A program made the translations under genes and the position numbers. From NCBI GenBank assembly GCA_951406725.2, contig OX597831.1:64418001-64482000 (forward strand): a stretch of 64,000 bases of DNA, given 5' to 3'. The number at the start of each line of letters is the position of its first letter. The stretch's first letter is position 1. The notes below the pieces were generated by a model, which saw only the letters and a list, made by a program, of their open reading frames with translations, did not search any database and had not been told where the DNA came from. This document shows, in pieces, positions 42,231-55,964 of the stretch. The DNA is from Octopus vulgaris (lineage: Eukaryota).

Positions 42231-42999
42231 ATCCTTTCGGTACTATATTTCTGCCCAAAATACACCCCTCATAGGTTTCAATTGAATTGTAAAATAATCA
42301 TAAATATAGACTAGTTTCCTTTGAACTGGGTTCATTAGCAGGTCATGTGTGCCTATTCCTCGCACATAAGTGTTATAGGCCACAGCTGCATTGTGGCTCA
42401 CCCCCAGTTCTACTAAGGTTGTGGGTAACCACAAGATTTTTTTTTTTTTTGTCCAGCTTCTTCACATTCTGCGTAACAGTTTGTTTCCGCAGTGATCACT
42501 TCAAATAGGCATGCTGAAAAATTGTTAATAACAAAAAATTGTTCATAAAAACGTTTTTAAAGTTTTTACAACATTATGGTGTAAATCATTCTGTTGCCTC
42601 TTTCAGTTTCTTCAGAATCACTGCTTTCCGCTTTCATTCTTTTAAATATATTTGTGTAGGAATTGCCAATTTCTTCTTCATGCGTTTACTTACAATTCTT
42701 AGTGCAGGTTTTTTCCGTGCTGCCGGGGTCGATATATTACGTACCCGTTGCTTACTGGCCACATTCTAATCGACTGGCCGACTTCCTCCAAAATTTCGGA
42801 ACTTCTCCCTAGACTACCAAAAAAGGAAATTAAAAAGATACAATCACCGTGTGTATCTTTCATTGACGCCATTTACTCTTCTTGTAGGTTTCAATTGAAT
42901 TGTAAAATAATCATAAATATAGACTAGTTTCCTTTGAACTAGGTTCATTAGCAGGTCATGTGTGCCTATTCCTCGCACATAAGTGTTATAGGCCACATT

Positions 43000-45900
43000 T
43001 GCATCAAATGTATTACACAATTGTAATATCCTGCTTGCATCTATGTACCCTGCTTCCAAATGTATTACACACCTGTTGTACAATTGCAGTGCCTCCATTG
43101 ACTCTCCTTGTATTATTTGCATTTGCATCACAAATTGTAATATCCTGCTTGCATCTATGTACCCTGCTTCCAAATGTATTACACACCTGTTGTACAATTG
43201 CAGTGCCTCCATTGACTCTTCTTGTATTCTTTGCATTTGCATCACAAATTGTAATATCCTGCTTGCATCTATGTACCCTGCTTCCAAATGTATTACACAC
43301 CTGTTGTACAATTGCAGTGCCTCCATTGACTCTTCTTGTATTCTTTGCATTTGCATCACAAATTGTAATATCCTGCTTGCATCTATGTACCCTGCTTCCA
43401 AATGTATTACACACCTGTTGTACAATTGCAGTGCCTCCATTGACTCTTCTTGTATTCTTTGCATTTGCATCACAAATTGTAATATCCTGCTTGCATCTAT
43501 GTACCCTGCTTCCAAATGTATTACACACCTGTTGTACAATTGCAGTGCCTCCATTGACTCTTCTTGTATTCTTTGCATTTGCATCACAAATTGTAATATC
43601 CTGCTTGCATCTATGTACCCTGCTTCCAAATGTATTACACACCTGTTGTACAATTGCAGTGCCTCCATTGACTCTTCTTGTATTCTTTGCATTTGCATCA
43701 CAAATTGTAATATCCTGCTTGCATCTATGTACCCTGCTTCCAAATGTATTACACACCTGTTGTACAATTGCAGTGCCTCCATTGACTCTTCTTGTATTCT
43801 TTGCATTTGCATCACAAATTGTAATATCCTGCTTGCATCTATGTACCCTGCTTCCAAATGTATTACACACCTGTTGTACAATTGCAGTGCCTCCATTGAC
43901 TCTTCTTGTATTCTTTGCATTTGCATCACAAATTGTAATATCCTGCTTGCATCTATGTACCCTGCTTCCAAATGTATTACACACCTGTTGTACAATTGCA
44001 GTGCCTCCATTGACTCTTCTTGTATTCTTTGCATTTGCATCACAAATTGTAATATCCTGCTTGCATCTATGTACCCTGCTTTCAAATGTATTACACACCT
44101 GTTGTACAATTGCAGTGCCGCCATTGACTCTTCTTGTATTCTTTGCATTTGCATCACAAATTGTAATATCTTGCTTGCATCTATGTACCCTGCTTCCAAA
44201 TGTATTACACACCTGTTGTACAATTGCAGTGCCTCCATTGACTCTTCTTGTATTCTTTGCATTTGCATCACAAATTGTAATATCCTGCTTGCATCTATGT
44301 ACCCTGCTTCCAAATGTATTACACACCTGTTGTACAATTGCAGTGCCGCCATTGACTCTTCTTGTATTCTTTGCATTTGCATCACAAATTGTAATATCCT
44401 GCTTGCATCTATGTACCCTGCTTCCAAATGTATTACACACCTGTTGTACAATTGCAGTGCCGCCATTGACTCTTCTTGTATTCTTTGCATTTGCATCACA
44501 AATTGTAATATCCTGCTTGCATCTATGTACCCTGCTTCCAAATGTATTACACACCTGTTGTACAATTGCAGTGCCTCCATTGACTCTCTTGTATTCTTTG
44601 CATTTGCATCACAAATTGTAATATCCTGCTTGCATCTATGTACCCTGCTTCCAAATGTATTACACACCTGTTGTACAATTGCAGTGCCTCCATTGACTCT
44701 TCTTGTATTCTTTGCATTTGCATCACAAATTGTAATATCCTTCTTGCATCTATGTACCCTGCTTCCAAATGTATTACACACCTGTTGTACATTTGCAGTG
44801 CCTCCATTGACTCTTCTTGTATTCTTTGCATTTGCATCACAAATTGTAATATCCTGCTTGCATCTATGTACCCTGCTTCCAAATGTATTACACACCTGTT
44901 GTACAATTGCAGTGCCTCCATTGACTCTTCTTGTATTCTTTGCATTTGCATCACAAATTGTAATATCCTTCTTGCATCTATGTACCCTGCTTCCAAATGT
45001 ATTACACACCTGTTGTACAATTGCAGTGCCTCCATTGACTCTTCTTGTATTCTTTGCATTTGCATCACAAATTGTAATATCCTGCTTGCATCTATGTACC
45101 CTGCTTCCAAATGTATTACACACCTGTTGTACAATTGCAGTGCCTCCATTGACTCTTCTTGTATTCTTTGCATTTGCATCACAAATTGTAATATCCTGCT
45201 TGCATCTATGTACCCTGCTTCCAAATGTATTACACACCTGTTGTACAATTGCAGTGCCTCCATTGACTCTTCTTGTATTCTTTGCATTTGCATCACAAAT
45301 TGTAATATCCTGCTTGCATCTATGTACCCTGCTTCCAAATGTATTACACACCTGTTGTACAATTGCAGTGCCTCCATTGACTCTTCTTGTATTCTTTGCA
45401 TTTGCATCACAAATTGTAATATCCTGCTTGCATCTATGTACCCTGCTTCCAAATGTATTACACACCTGTTGTACAATTGCAGTGCCTCCATTGACTCTTC
45501 TTGTATTCTTTGCATTTGCATCACAAATTGTAATATCCTGCTTGCATCTATGTACCCTGCTTCCAAATGTATTACACACCTGTTGTACAATTGCAGTGCC
45601 TCCATTGACTCTTCTTGTATTCTTTGCATTTGCATCACAAATTGTAATATCCTGCTTGCATCTATGTACCCTGCTTCCAAATGTATTACACACCTGTTGT
45701 ACAATTGCAGTGCCTCCATTGACTCTTCTTGTATTCTTTGCATTTGCATCACAAATTGTAATATCCTGCTTGCATCTATGTACCCTGCTTCCAAATGTAT
45801 TACACACCTGTTGTACAATTGCAGTGCCGCCATTGACTCTTCTTGTATTCTTTGCATTTGCATCACAAATTATAATATCCTGCTTGCATCTATGTACCCT

Positions 45901-48900
45901 GCTTTCAAATGTATTACACACCTGTTGTACAATTGCAGTGCCTCCATTGACTCTTCTGGTATTCTTTGCATTTGCATCACAAATTGTAATATCCTGCTTG
46001 CATCTATGTACCCTGCTTCCAAATGTATTACACACCTGTTGTACAATTGCAGTGCCTCCATTGACTCTTCTTGTATTCTTTGCATTTGCATCACAAATTG
46101 TAATATCCTGCTTGCATCTATGTACCCTGCTTCCAAATGTATTACACACCTGTTGTACAATTGCAGTGCCGCCATTGACTCTTCTTGTATTCTTTGCATT
46201 TGCATCACAAATTGTAATATCCTGCTTGCATCTATGTACCCTGCTTCCAAATGTATTACACACCTGTTGTACAATTGCAGTGCCGCCATTGACTCTTCTT
46301 GTATTCTTTGCATTTGCATCACAAATTGTAATATCCTTCTTGCATTTATGTACCCTGCTTCCAAATGTATTACACACCTGTTGTACAATTGCACTGCCTC
46401 CATTGACTCTTCTTGTATTCTTTGCATTTGCATCACAAATTGTAATATCCTTCTTGCATCTATGTACCCTGCTTCCAAAGGTATTACACACCTGTTGTAC
46501 AATTGCACTGCCTCCATTGACTCTTCTTGTATTCTTTGCATTTGCATCACAAATTGTAATATCCTGCTTGCATCTATGTACCCTGCTTCCAAATGTATTA
46601 CACACCTGTTGTACAATTGCAGTGCCTCCATTGACTCTTCTTGTATTCTTTGCATTTGCATCACAAATTGTAATATCCTGCTTGCATCTATGTACCCTGC
46701 TTCCAAATGTATTACACACCTGTTGTACAATTGCAGTGCCTCCATTGACTCTTCTTGTATTCTTTGCATTTGCATCACAAATTGTAATATCCTTCTTGCA
46801 TTTATGTACCCTGCTTCCAAATGTATTACACACCTGTTGTACAATTGCAGTGCCTCCATTGACTCTTCTTGTATTCTTTGCATTTGCATCACAAATTGTA
46901 ATATCCTGCTTGCATCTATGTACCCTGCTTCCAAATGTATTACACACCTGTTGTACAATTGCAGTGCCTCCATTGACTCTTCTTGTATTCTTTGCATTTG
47001 CTTCACATATTGTAATATCTTGCTTGTATCTATGTACCCTGCTTCCAAATGTATTACACACCTGTTGTACAATTGCAGTGCCTCCATTGACTCTTCTTGT
47101 ATTCTTTGCATTTGCATCACAAATTGTAATATCCTGCTTGCATCTATGTACCCTGCTTCCAAATGTATTACACACCTGTTGTACAATTGCAGTGCCTCCA
47201 TTGACTCTTCTTGTATTCTTTGCATTTGCATCACAAATTGTAATATCCTGCTTGCATCTATGTACCCTGCTTCCAAATGTATTACACACCTGTTGTACAA
47301 TTGCAGTGCCGCCATTGACTCTTCTTGTATTCTTTGCATTTGCATCACAAATTGTAATATCCTGCTTGCATCTATGTACCCTGCTTCCAAATGTATTACA
47401 CACCTGTTGTACAATTGCAGTGCCTCCATTGACTCTTCTTGTATTCTTTGCATTTGCATCACAAATTGTAATATCCTGCTTGCATCTATGTACCCTGCTT
47501 CCAAATGTATTACACACCTGTTGTACAATTGCAGTGCCTCCATTGACTCTTCTTGTATTCTTTGCATTTGCATCACAAATTGTAATATCCTGCTTGCATC
47601 TATGTACCCTGCTTCCAAATGTATTACACACCTGTTGTACAATTGCAGTGCCTCCATTGACTCTTCTTGTATTCTTTGCATTTGCATCACAAATTGTAAT
47701 ATCCTGCTTGCATCATATGTACCCTTGCTTCCAAATGTATTACACACCTGTTGTACAATTGCAGTGCCTCCATTGACTCTTCTTGTATTCTTTGCATTTG
47801 CATCACAAATTGTAATATCCTGCTTGCATCTATGTACCCTGCTTCCAAATGTATTACACACCTGTTGTACAATTGCAGTGCCTCCATTGACTCTTCTTGT
47901 ATTCTTTGCATTTGCATCACAAATTGTAATATCCTGCTTGCATCTATGTACCCTGCTTCCAAATGTATTACACACCTGTTGTACAATTGCAGTGCCGCCA
48001 TTGACTCTTCTTGTATTCTTTGCATTTGCATCACAAATTGTAATATCCTGCTTGCATCTATGTACCCTGCTTCCAAATGTATTACACACCTGTTGTACAA
48101 TTGCAGTGCCGCCATTGACTCTTCTCTGTATTCTTTGCATTGCATCACAAATTGTAATATCCTGCTTGCATCTATGTACCCTGCTTTCAAAATGTATTAC
48201 ATTGACCTGTTGTACAATTGCAGTACGTCCATTAACTCTCCTTGTATTCTTCTGCATTTGCATCGCAACTTGTAATATCCTGCTTGCATCTATGTACCCT
48301 GTCTTCCAAAGGTATTACACACTTGTTGTACAATTGCAGTGCCGCCATTGACACTTCTGGTATTCTTTGCATTTGCATCACAAATTGTAATATCTACCTG
48401 CTTGCATCTAAAAATTACCCTGCTTTCAAATGTATTACACACCTGTTGTACAATTGCAGTGCCCTCCATTGACTCTTCTTGTATTCTTTGCATTTGCATC
48501 ACAAATTGTAATATCCTGCTTGCAATATGTTGACAAATCTCTTGTCCCAATGTTGTACACACTTGTTGCAATTGCAGTGCCGCCATTGACTCTTCTTGTA
48601 TTCTTTGCATTTGCATCACAAATTGTAATATCCTGCTTGCATCTATGTATCCTGCTTCCAAATGTATTGACTACACCTGTTGTACAATTGCAGTGCCTCC
48701 ATTGACTCTCACTTGTATTCTTTGCATTTGCATCACAAATTGTAATATCCTGCTTGCATCTATGTACCCTGCTTCCAAATGTATTACACCTGTTGTACAA
48801 TTGCAGTGCCTCATTATTGACTATTCTTAGTATTCTTTGCATTTGCATCACAAATTGTAATATCCTGCTTGCATCTATGTACCCTGCTTCCAAATGTATT

Positions 48901-49100
48901 ACACACCTGTTGTACAAGTACTGCGTCCAGTACCTCCATTGACTCTCGCAACTTGTATTCTTTGCATTTGCCCTTCTTTCAAATCCACAAATTGTAATAT
49001 CCTGCATTTGCATCACAAATTGTAACATCCTGCTTGCATGTACCCTGCTTTCAAATGTGGTGGTGGATTACACACCTGTTGTACATAGCAGGGAATTGTA
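43000..49100. repeat. 114-bp tandem satellite, about 53 units (~45 near-identical)
   Basis: 38-codon periodicity in ORF track; unit ..ttgcatcacaaattgtaatatcctgcttgcatctatgtaccctgcttccaaatg..; degrades after ~48120. Confidence 0.97.
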
Positions 49101-52100
49101 ATATCAGACTGCAGAGAAGGGAAGCATCTAGGAGATAGGTTTATTTGGCCAGAATGGATTACAACCTGTAGATAAGGAAAAATTTGCCTCCATGTTCTTG
49201 TATTCTTTGCATTTGCATGACTCAAAGACTTGTAAGTATCCTCCCTGTTGCCAGACAGTATGTGAGAGATGCTGTCCAATCGAGATGTATCCTAGGTAGT
49301 AGTACAATGTGTCTCTCATGGGCTCTGAAATATGTGGTATTGCTTTAAACGAAGCTGCATCAAGAATTAGGTTTGGAGACGCCAGCAGAAAGTTTACAAC
49401 ATAACTATGAACTGCTTCCAAATGTGTGACACAGAGAGTCTGTACAAATGCCGGCCCAACAGAGGGCTCCATTGACTCTATCTAAACGGGACAGCCTTGG
49501 TAGGTAAAGCACCATGGGTATGAAGACACAAATCAGGAATACACTCACAGAGATGCTCAAAATCTATGTCCTGGCTTCCAAGATGTACCTATAGCTCTAC
49601 ACAACCTGAGAGTTGTAAACAATTGAAGGGAGTCATACTCCAATGACTGGTGCAGCAACTATGTCAATTCTGTTAACAGCTGCAAAGGTGCATCACATTA
49701 GATTCAAACAATTCTTAGCAGGAGGCATCAAGTTGTTGGATGCAGGTAATGAAGGCTGCTTCACGGAGAGGGTATTAGCCCACACCTGTGTACAATTAGG
49801 GAGAGAGGCCTCCAGTCTAGATGAGATGCAGTTTCGGTTCTAGTTAGGAAATGCACCACTGATTGCTAATATCCTGCATTAAAATTGATCTTACAGAGAA
49901 ATATTGGTCCAAGTTTTGTTTCATAACTCTGTACCTGGCTTTACATTGCATGCACAGGGTCCCCTTGTTAGTCTTATCTGGTGGTAGAGCTAGTCTAGAA
50001 TTGGACAACAGATGGCATACTAGGAATTGTTTAAAGAGAGCCGACAAGCTGTGTACAGTAAGATGCTAAACGGTTCACTAGGCAACGAAACAGTTTACCA
50101 CAGGAATTTAAGTCATGAAAGGGTTAGGGGCAGGGTCAACCTAAGACTTCACGTTTCTCAGCCCCCTCTTATTGGGCTATATGGAAATCCTCCAGAGACA
50201 CTAGACATAAGGAGTGGGTCACAGGCTTGACATTTTTTCCTCCAATAAAATGCTGATGTACCTTGCACTAATAGAGAGTCTTATTTGTATTAATATAAAG
50301 CTGCGAGCCAAAGACAACTGGAAGCAAAGCTTTCCAGAATCTGAATGGAACCTGTAGATGATGGCTTTTTTTCAACTTGTGTACCTAATTAATGTCTGAT
50401 GAGAATGGTGCAAGTTCTCATGTAGAAGCAGTGCCAGGTTACTGGAGATAAATGATTGGATCACAAATATGTCGAAAAGGGTTCTAGTAGAGGAACTCCA
50501 TACGATTTTAACCCGGCTGTGATGACTATGGGACACAGTTTGATATAGTTGTATCAGCTTACTAATTTAAGGAAGTAATGGAGTGTTAGGGTTTATTTCC
50601 TTGTGTGTGGCAGATAGTTTTAAGTACAAAAATTTGAACAATGTTCTGCACCTAGAATAACAAGCCCATTAGTTTGGGAAGCAACTAGAAGTACTGTTGA
50701 TACTTTTGCGAGCTGTAGCAGACTAGAGTAATAATAGCCTGCCTTCAAAACTGGTAAGATTGACCTAGTCTGATCTTGGCAGCCAATGTGTCCTCATGGG
50801 GGAAAGAAATAACATGGACAAGGGAATTTGTATGATGACAATGTGTGTGGAGAAAGCTAATTGCTATGCTTAGTTTGCAGGTGAATACATGCTACGTGAA
50901 TTCTGAAGCTTTTGTCGAAGATGCATGCGTAAGCTGCCGTTTGTATCCAATGTAGTAGTACCACAACTATTGAGTCAATCTGAAACTAATACCAGTAGCT
51001 GGTGGCCAGGACCTGCCATAAGGCTGAATGCACCAGTGCTGATGGGAGCAATAAAGAACTCAATCCACTAGACTCTCAAAATAGTTGGCGGTTAGGGAAA
51101 TGGTCATTTACATGTGGAAATTTTGCCAGACTAGACTTGGAGCCTGGCTGAAGCTGGCTCATACACAAGACTATATCAGTCAACTCTCTCGGTTCAACCC
51201 ATGCCATACAAGAGGAAAACGGTGACGTTAATCGATGATGATGATAATGACAACGACTGACGACGGCGATTATAGAGGTAATAAAGTTGTTCTGCAGACA
51301 AATGACGATTTGTGGTCCATTTGAGAGCAAAAGCGTTTGGAGCGAGAAGACTTGGCGGCCGGCTTCTCTCTACTGCTGAGACGCCAGTCATCTCGGTTCG
51401 TGCCTGGTACTGTGCTAGGTGGGGTCCGGATACAGCTGTAGACATATCACACGGACGCATCAAGTGCCTTGAGGCATGCGGCTATACATAAACTTTAATA
51501 ATACGCTTGCTTTTTATTACTTAATTTATTCTTCACTTCGGCATATCAATGAGGGATTACTAAATGGATAACCACATCGCATTATTGCACGCATTAGCTG
51601 TCTATCATCAGCTCTTACCTAGCTCTGGTAGACATACTAGTACATTGACTACAAGTTCACTAGGTACAGGAATATTAATCTTTTCTACTTCTTGTAAATT
51701 GCCTACAAACCTTCCTCTTATTCTCTTATGTGCACATACACACAACATAGACAAGAGAAGTAAATGTCACAGCATCAGGCTGCTCCTACATCATGCTGGA
51801 TGCCCAGTTCTGGCATTTGTGTAACTCTCGATGCCAGAAGTTTGGGAAGTCCTTCCAGGATCTTCCAAAGATGTATATTAGAGACATGGAAACTCAAAGT
51901 CTGTTGGAATGACAACACGCTCCAAGGTTTAACCTACAGGACAGTTTTAATTCCCTTTTTGAGTCTTTCCCAGTAGCTGTGGATGGCTGCAAAGGCCTAT
52001 CTTTTTTGTGTCCTCGTTGGATCGCCCCAAGGTTACGTGGTGGTGATCAACTTTGACGATTGGACAGGTGCTAGCTAAGGACACATGAACAGCTTTGAGA

Positions 52101-53808
52101 GCAATAGTCAAAATGGAATTATATCATATGCCAAAAGGGGAAAGATATATATATTATATATATATGGCCAGATGCAGGGGCATATATATATATATATATG
52201 ATACATATAAATTTATATGCCAATGTTATATGCGCCGTGATGATATATATACTTGAAGTATATATATATCATCATCATCATCATCATCGTTTAACGTCCA
52301 AGTTCTCCATGTGCATGGGAGAATGGCCCGACGAGGGATGCATCTGCGAGAAGCCAGAAGGCCTGCCCCAGGTCTTGGTCTTATCTCGGCAATGTTTCTT
52401 TAAACTGGAATGCCCCTCCTAATGGCCAACCACTCCAGGGGAGTGTAGCCATTATGGGTGCTTTTTTATAAAGTGCCACCTGCACTGTGTGAAACTGCTA
52501 GGCTATACGGCTGGTGAAACATGCCGGCCATGGAGGGACCGGCTATCTATGCGTAAAGCTTGCAGTATGCCTTGGCTCTGCAATGTAAAGCAATCGTAAG
52601 GCGGCACTGGTATCAGCCATGATTCGGACAGGTGAAAGCCTGTGCCCGAAGGTTGACAATCAGGAATCACCACAGAGATGCTCCCCCCAAAATAGTTTTG
52701 GCGGTGTCGGCTATAGCCTAGTCATTCCACCAGGTAGTTCCTCCAACTGGAGCTCCAGATTGGCACTATTTCACAGCACCTATCATTCAGTCAAACTGTT
52801 AACCACATGACCATACCATGGTAAAGGTGACAATCGCCTCTCGATTGACGACACCACAACTGATGATTATAAGGTCCAATCAAGTTGTTGCAGATCAAGC
52901 GTAATGAAGGTCACGAGAGCTTCAACGCGTCTGTCGAGCATGCACACTGACATTAGGCGAGAGAGGCATCGCGTCTAGCATACTGGCTGTCATTCTTCAC
53001 GGTTACGCATGTCCTCAGCAGTCACGGCCCGTGAGTGTGTGTCACTGCCATGTATATGGCTGTTCGTACAGATGCATGCGAAATACAGTCTGCCTATTGC
53101 TACTCTAATAAAAGCTTGATGTACCTACTTATTGCAGGGTCCCCTTCAGCAGAGGTAAGAGCTCCTAAACTTTGCCCAGAAGATGGCATCGAATGTTTAT
53201 TGCAGTCGCTGTATCTATCAGCCGCCTTGTATCATAATACATTCACCCCCCAAGTACATGTACTGATTTTAATCAAGATAATGTAGTCTACTTCAAATTG
53301 CTTCTAGCTCCCCTTTATTCCTTAAAAGTAGTCCTCCAGGTTGTTTTTACTGAGAAGTGTTAATGCTCCTGAGCACCTGCTGCCACAAAAACTATGCTGA
53401 TGACCAGTTCAGCACTAATTGACATTGCTGCACCTCTTATGTGTCCATAGCTTACACTGTACATCTTAAAGTTTCTAGGGACGTGGAAGTCCTACAGATC
53501 GAGTAGCCATCTTCCTGAAGACTAGGATTGTTCTTACTTATTATGGCATTATTTTGAAGCAACACTTAAGGCCCTTCGATTCTGACCCTACGCTCCAACC
53601 TGGAACTTCTCCTCCAGTTTTAGTGACTCAGCAATTAGAGTCAAGGTCACAAAACAGCAGGGAGTCAAATGCACAATAAACTCCTGTCCTGAATTTTGTG
53701 TCTGGAGGCTTCGTTGGATCGCCTCAAGTTCTGTGATCAACTTGACACTGGATGGTGACCATAGCTGAGAGCAATAGTCAAAATGGCTATATATATGATA
53801 TATATATA

Positions 53809-53847
<39 letters not shown>

Positions 53848-54960
53848 TATATATATATGATACATATATATATATATGATATGTATATATATATATATAT
53901 GATATGTATATATATATCATCATCATCATCATCATCGTTTAACGTCCGTTCTCCATGCTAGCATGGGTTGGACGGATTCAGACCAGGGATCTGGGAAGCC
54001 AGAAGGCTGCCCCAGGCTCTGGTCTTATCTGGCAATGTTTCTACAGCTGGATGCCCTTCCTAATGCCAACCACTCCGTGAGTGCTAGTGGGTGCTTAAAC
54101 ACAAGTAAAACCACACACCGTAGCACATGGGGGCCGGTGACCCGCTAGCTGGCACCTGTGCCGATGGGACCGGGACATAAAGAACTACAGTTTTTCAGCT
54201 CTGCCTACCAAATCCACTCACAAAGGAATAGTTGGCGTTAGGAACTCAAAGGTCATTTCAGAATGTACGAAATTAAGCCCAAGACTAGATTGGAGCCTGC
54301 TTTGCAGACTTGAACCTGGCTCGTCCAAGATATTCAGTCAAACTATATCCAATATCCCATGCCTATGCTATATATGGCATATATATATACGGATATATAA
54401 TCGATATGATGATATATGACGATACGACGATATATCGATATATATATAGTATATATATATTGGGTGCAGACAAAAGTCGACATTTATGGTCAGAGAGCAA
54501 AAGCGTTATGTTTTCAGAGGCGACAAAGACCCTTGGCGGCCGGCGACGCGATCGATCGAAAAGCTTTAGATTCTCGGCGATCTTGAATTCCGTGAGTCTT
54601 GTCCGGTCAGCGATCATTTGATCACTTACGCATCGCGTTTATGCACTGCGCGATGTTAAATGTGGCTGTTCGTACTTACATGCATCATTTTTACAGTCTT
54701 GCCTTTTTATTTACTTAGAAGCATTTCAGTCACTTCGGCATACTGGATTTTCAGAGAGCATCGCTAAACTTTGCACAGTGCTATTTAGGTTGTCTATCTA
54801 AGCCGTTAGAAGTTTCATACACACCCAAACACAATGATTTGGTCATAAGTATAGAATATTAATCTTTCTTCTAGTTCACTGATGAAGTATTGGTAACTTG
54901 ACGGCATATGCAAGGCTTTTGTTTCTAAGAGGTTGTATGTGAGCATCACATACAAGGTAG
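49100..54960. other. Probable low-quality or chimeric assembly consensus
   Basis: Satellite words dissolve gradually; then ~1.6-kb-period ghost copies interleaved with words from 55.7-56.3 kb. Confidence 0.7.
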
Positions 54961-54967
54961 AAGTAAA

Positions 54968-55396
54968 TGTTTCACAGTGGGCACTGTCCTTTGACATTGC
55001 TGCACCTCTTATGTGTCCATAGCTTACACTGGGTACATCTTATAGAGTTTCTACCTACACCTTTTCTACAGATCGAGCAGGGCCATCTTCCTGAAGACAT
55101 TTGTGGATTGTCTACCTTCCTACTTATTAGTACTTTGGTTTTAGCTAGGTTGACTCTAAGGCCCTTCGATTCTAGACCCTCCTTCCACACCTGGAACTTC
55201 TCCTCCAGTTCTGATAGTGACTCAGCAATTAGAGCAAGGTCGTCAGCATATAGGAGCTCCCAGGGGCAACCTGTCTTGAATTCCTCCGTAATTGCCTGGA
55301 GGACTATGATAAATAGGAGGGGGCTGAGTACTGAACCCTGGTGGACCCCAACCTCTACTTTGAATTCTTCTGTGTACATGTTGCCAACCCTAACCT
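54968..55396 (-). mobile_element. RTE LINE RT fragment
   Basis: VGVHQGSVLSPLLF, LLYADDL, GLRVNLAKTKV, CSIC..CTQC..HKRC. Confidence 0.92.
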
Positions 55397-55452
55397 TATA
55401 TATATATATGATATGTATATATATATATATGATATGTATATATATAAATATG

Positions 55453-55509
<57 letters not shown>

Positions 55510-55510
<1 letters not shown>

Positions 55511-55829
55511 TTCTCTTTTTCTCTTTTACTTGTTTCAGTCATTTGACTGCGGCCATGCTGGAGCACCACCTTTTAGTACTTATTCTATCGGTCTCTTTTT
55601 TTGCCGAACCGCTAAGTGACGGGGACGTAAACACACCAGCATCAGTTGTCAAGCAATGCTAGGGGGACAAACACAGACACACAAACACACACACATATAC
55701 ATATATATACATATATACGACAGGCTTCTTTCAGTTTCCGTCTACCAAATCCACTCACAAGGCATTGGTTGGCCCGGGGCTATAGCAGAAGACACTTGCC
55801 CAAGATGCCACGCAGTGGGACTGAACCAT
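55510..55829 (-). mobile_element. SINE A, head-truncated
   Basis: Colinear with 58141-58552. Confidence 0.85.
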
Positions 55830-55964
55830 ATATATATATATATGATATGTGTATATATATATATATGATATGTATATGTATATATATATATATATGTATA
55901 TATATATGATATGTATATATATATATATATATATATGATATGTATATATATATATATATATATA

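Noticed and set aside
43000-49100. CRISPR array or established repeat-protein gene
   Set aside because: Contiguous near-identical units with no unique spacers, no cas genes, eukaryotic context; no recognisable domain
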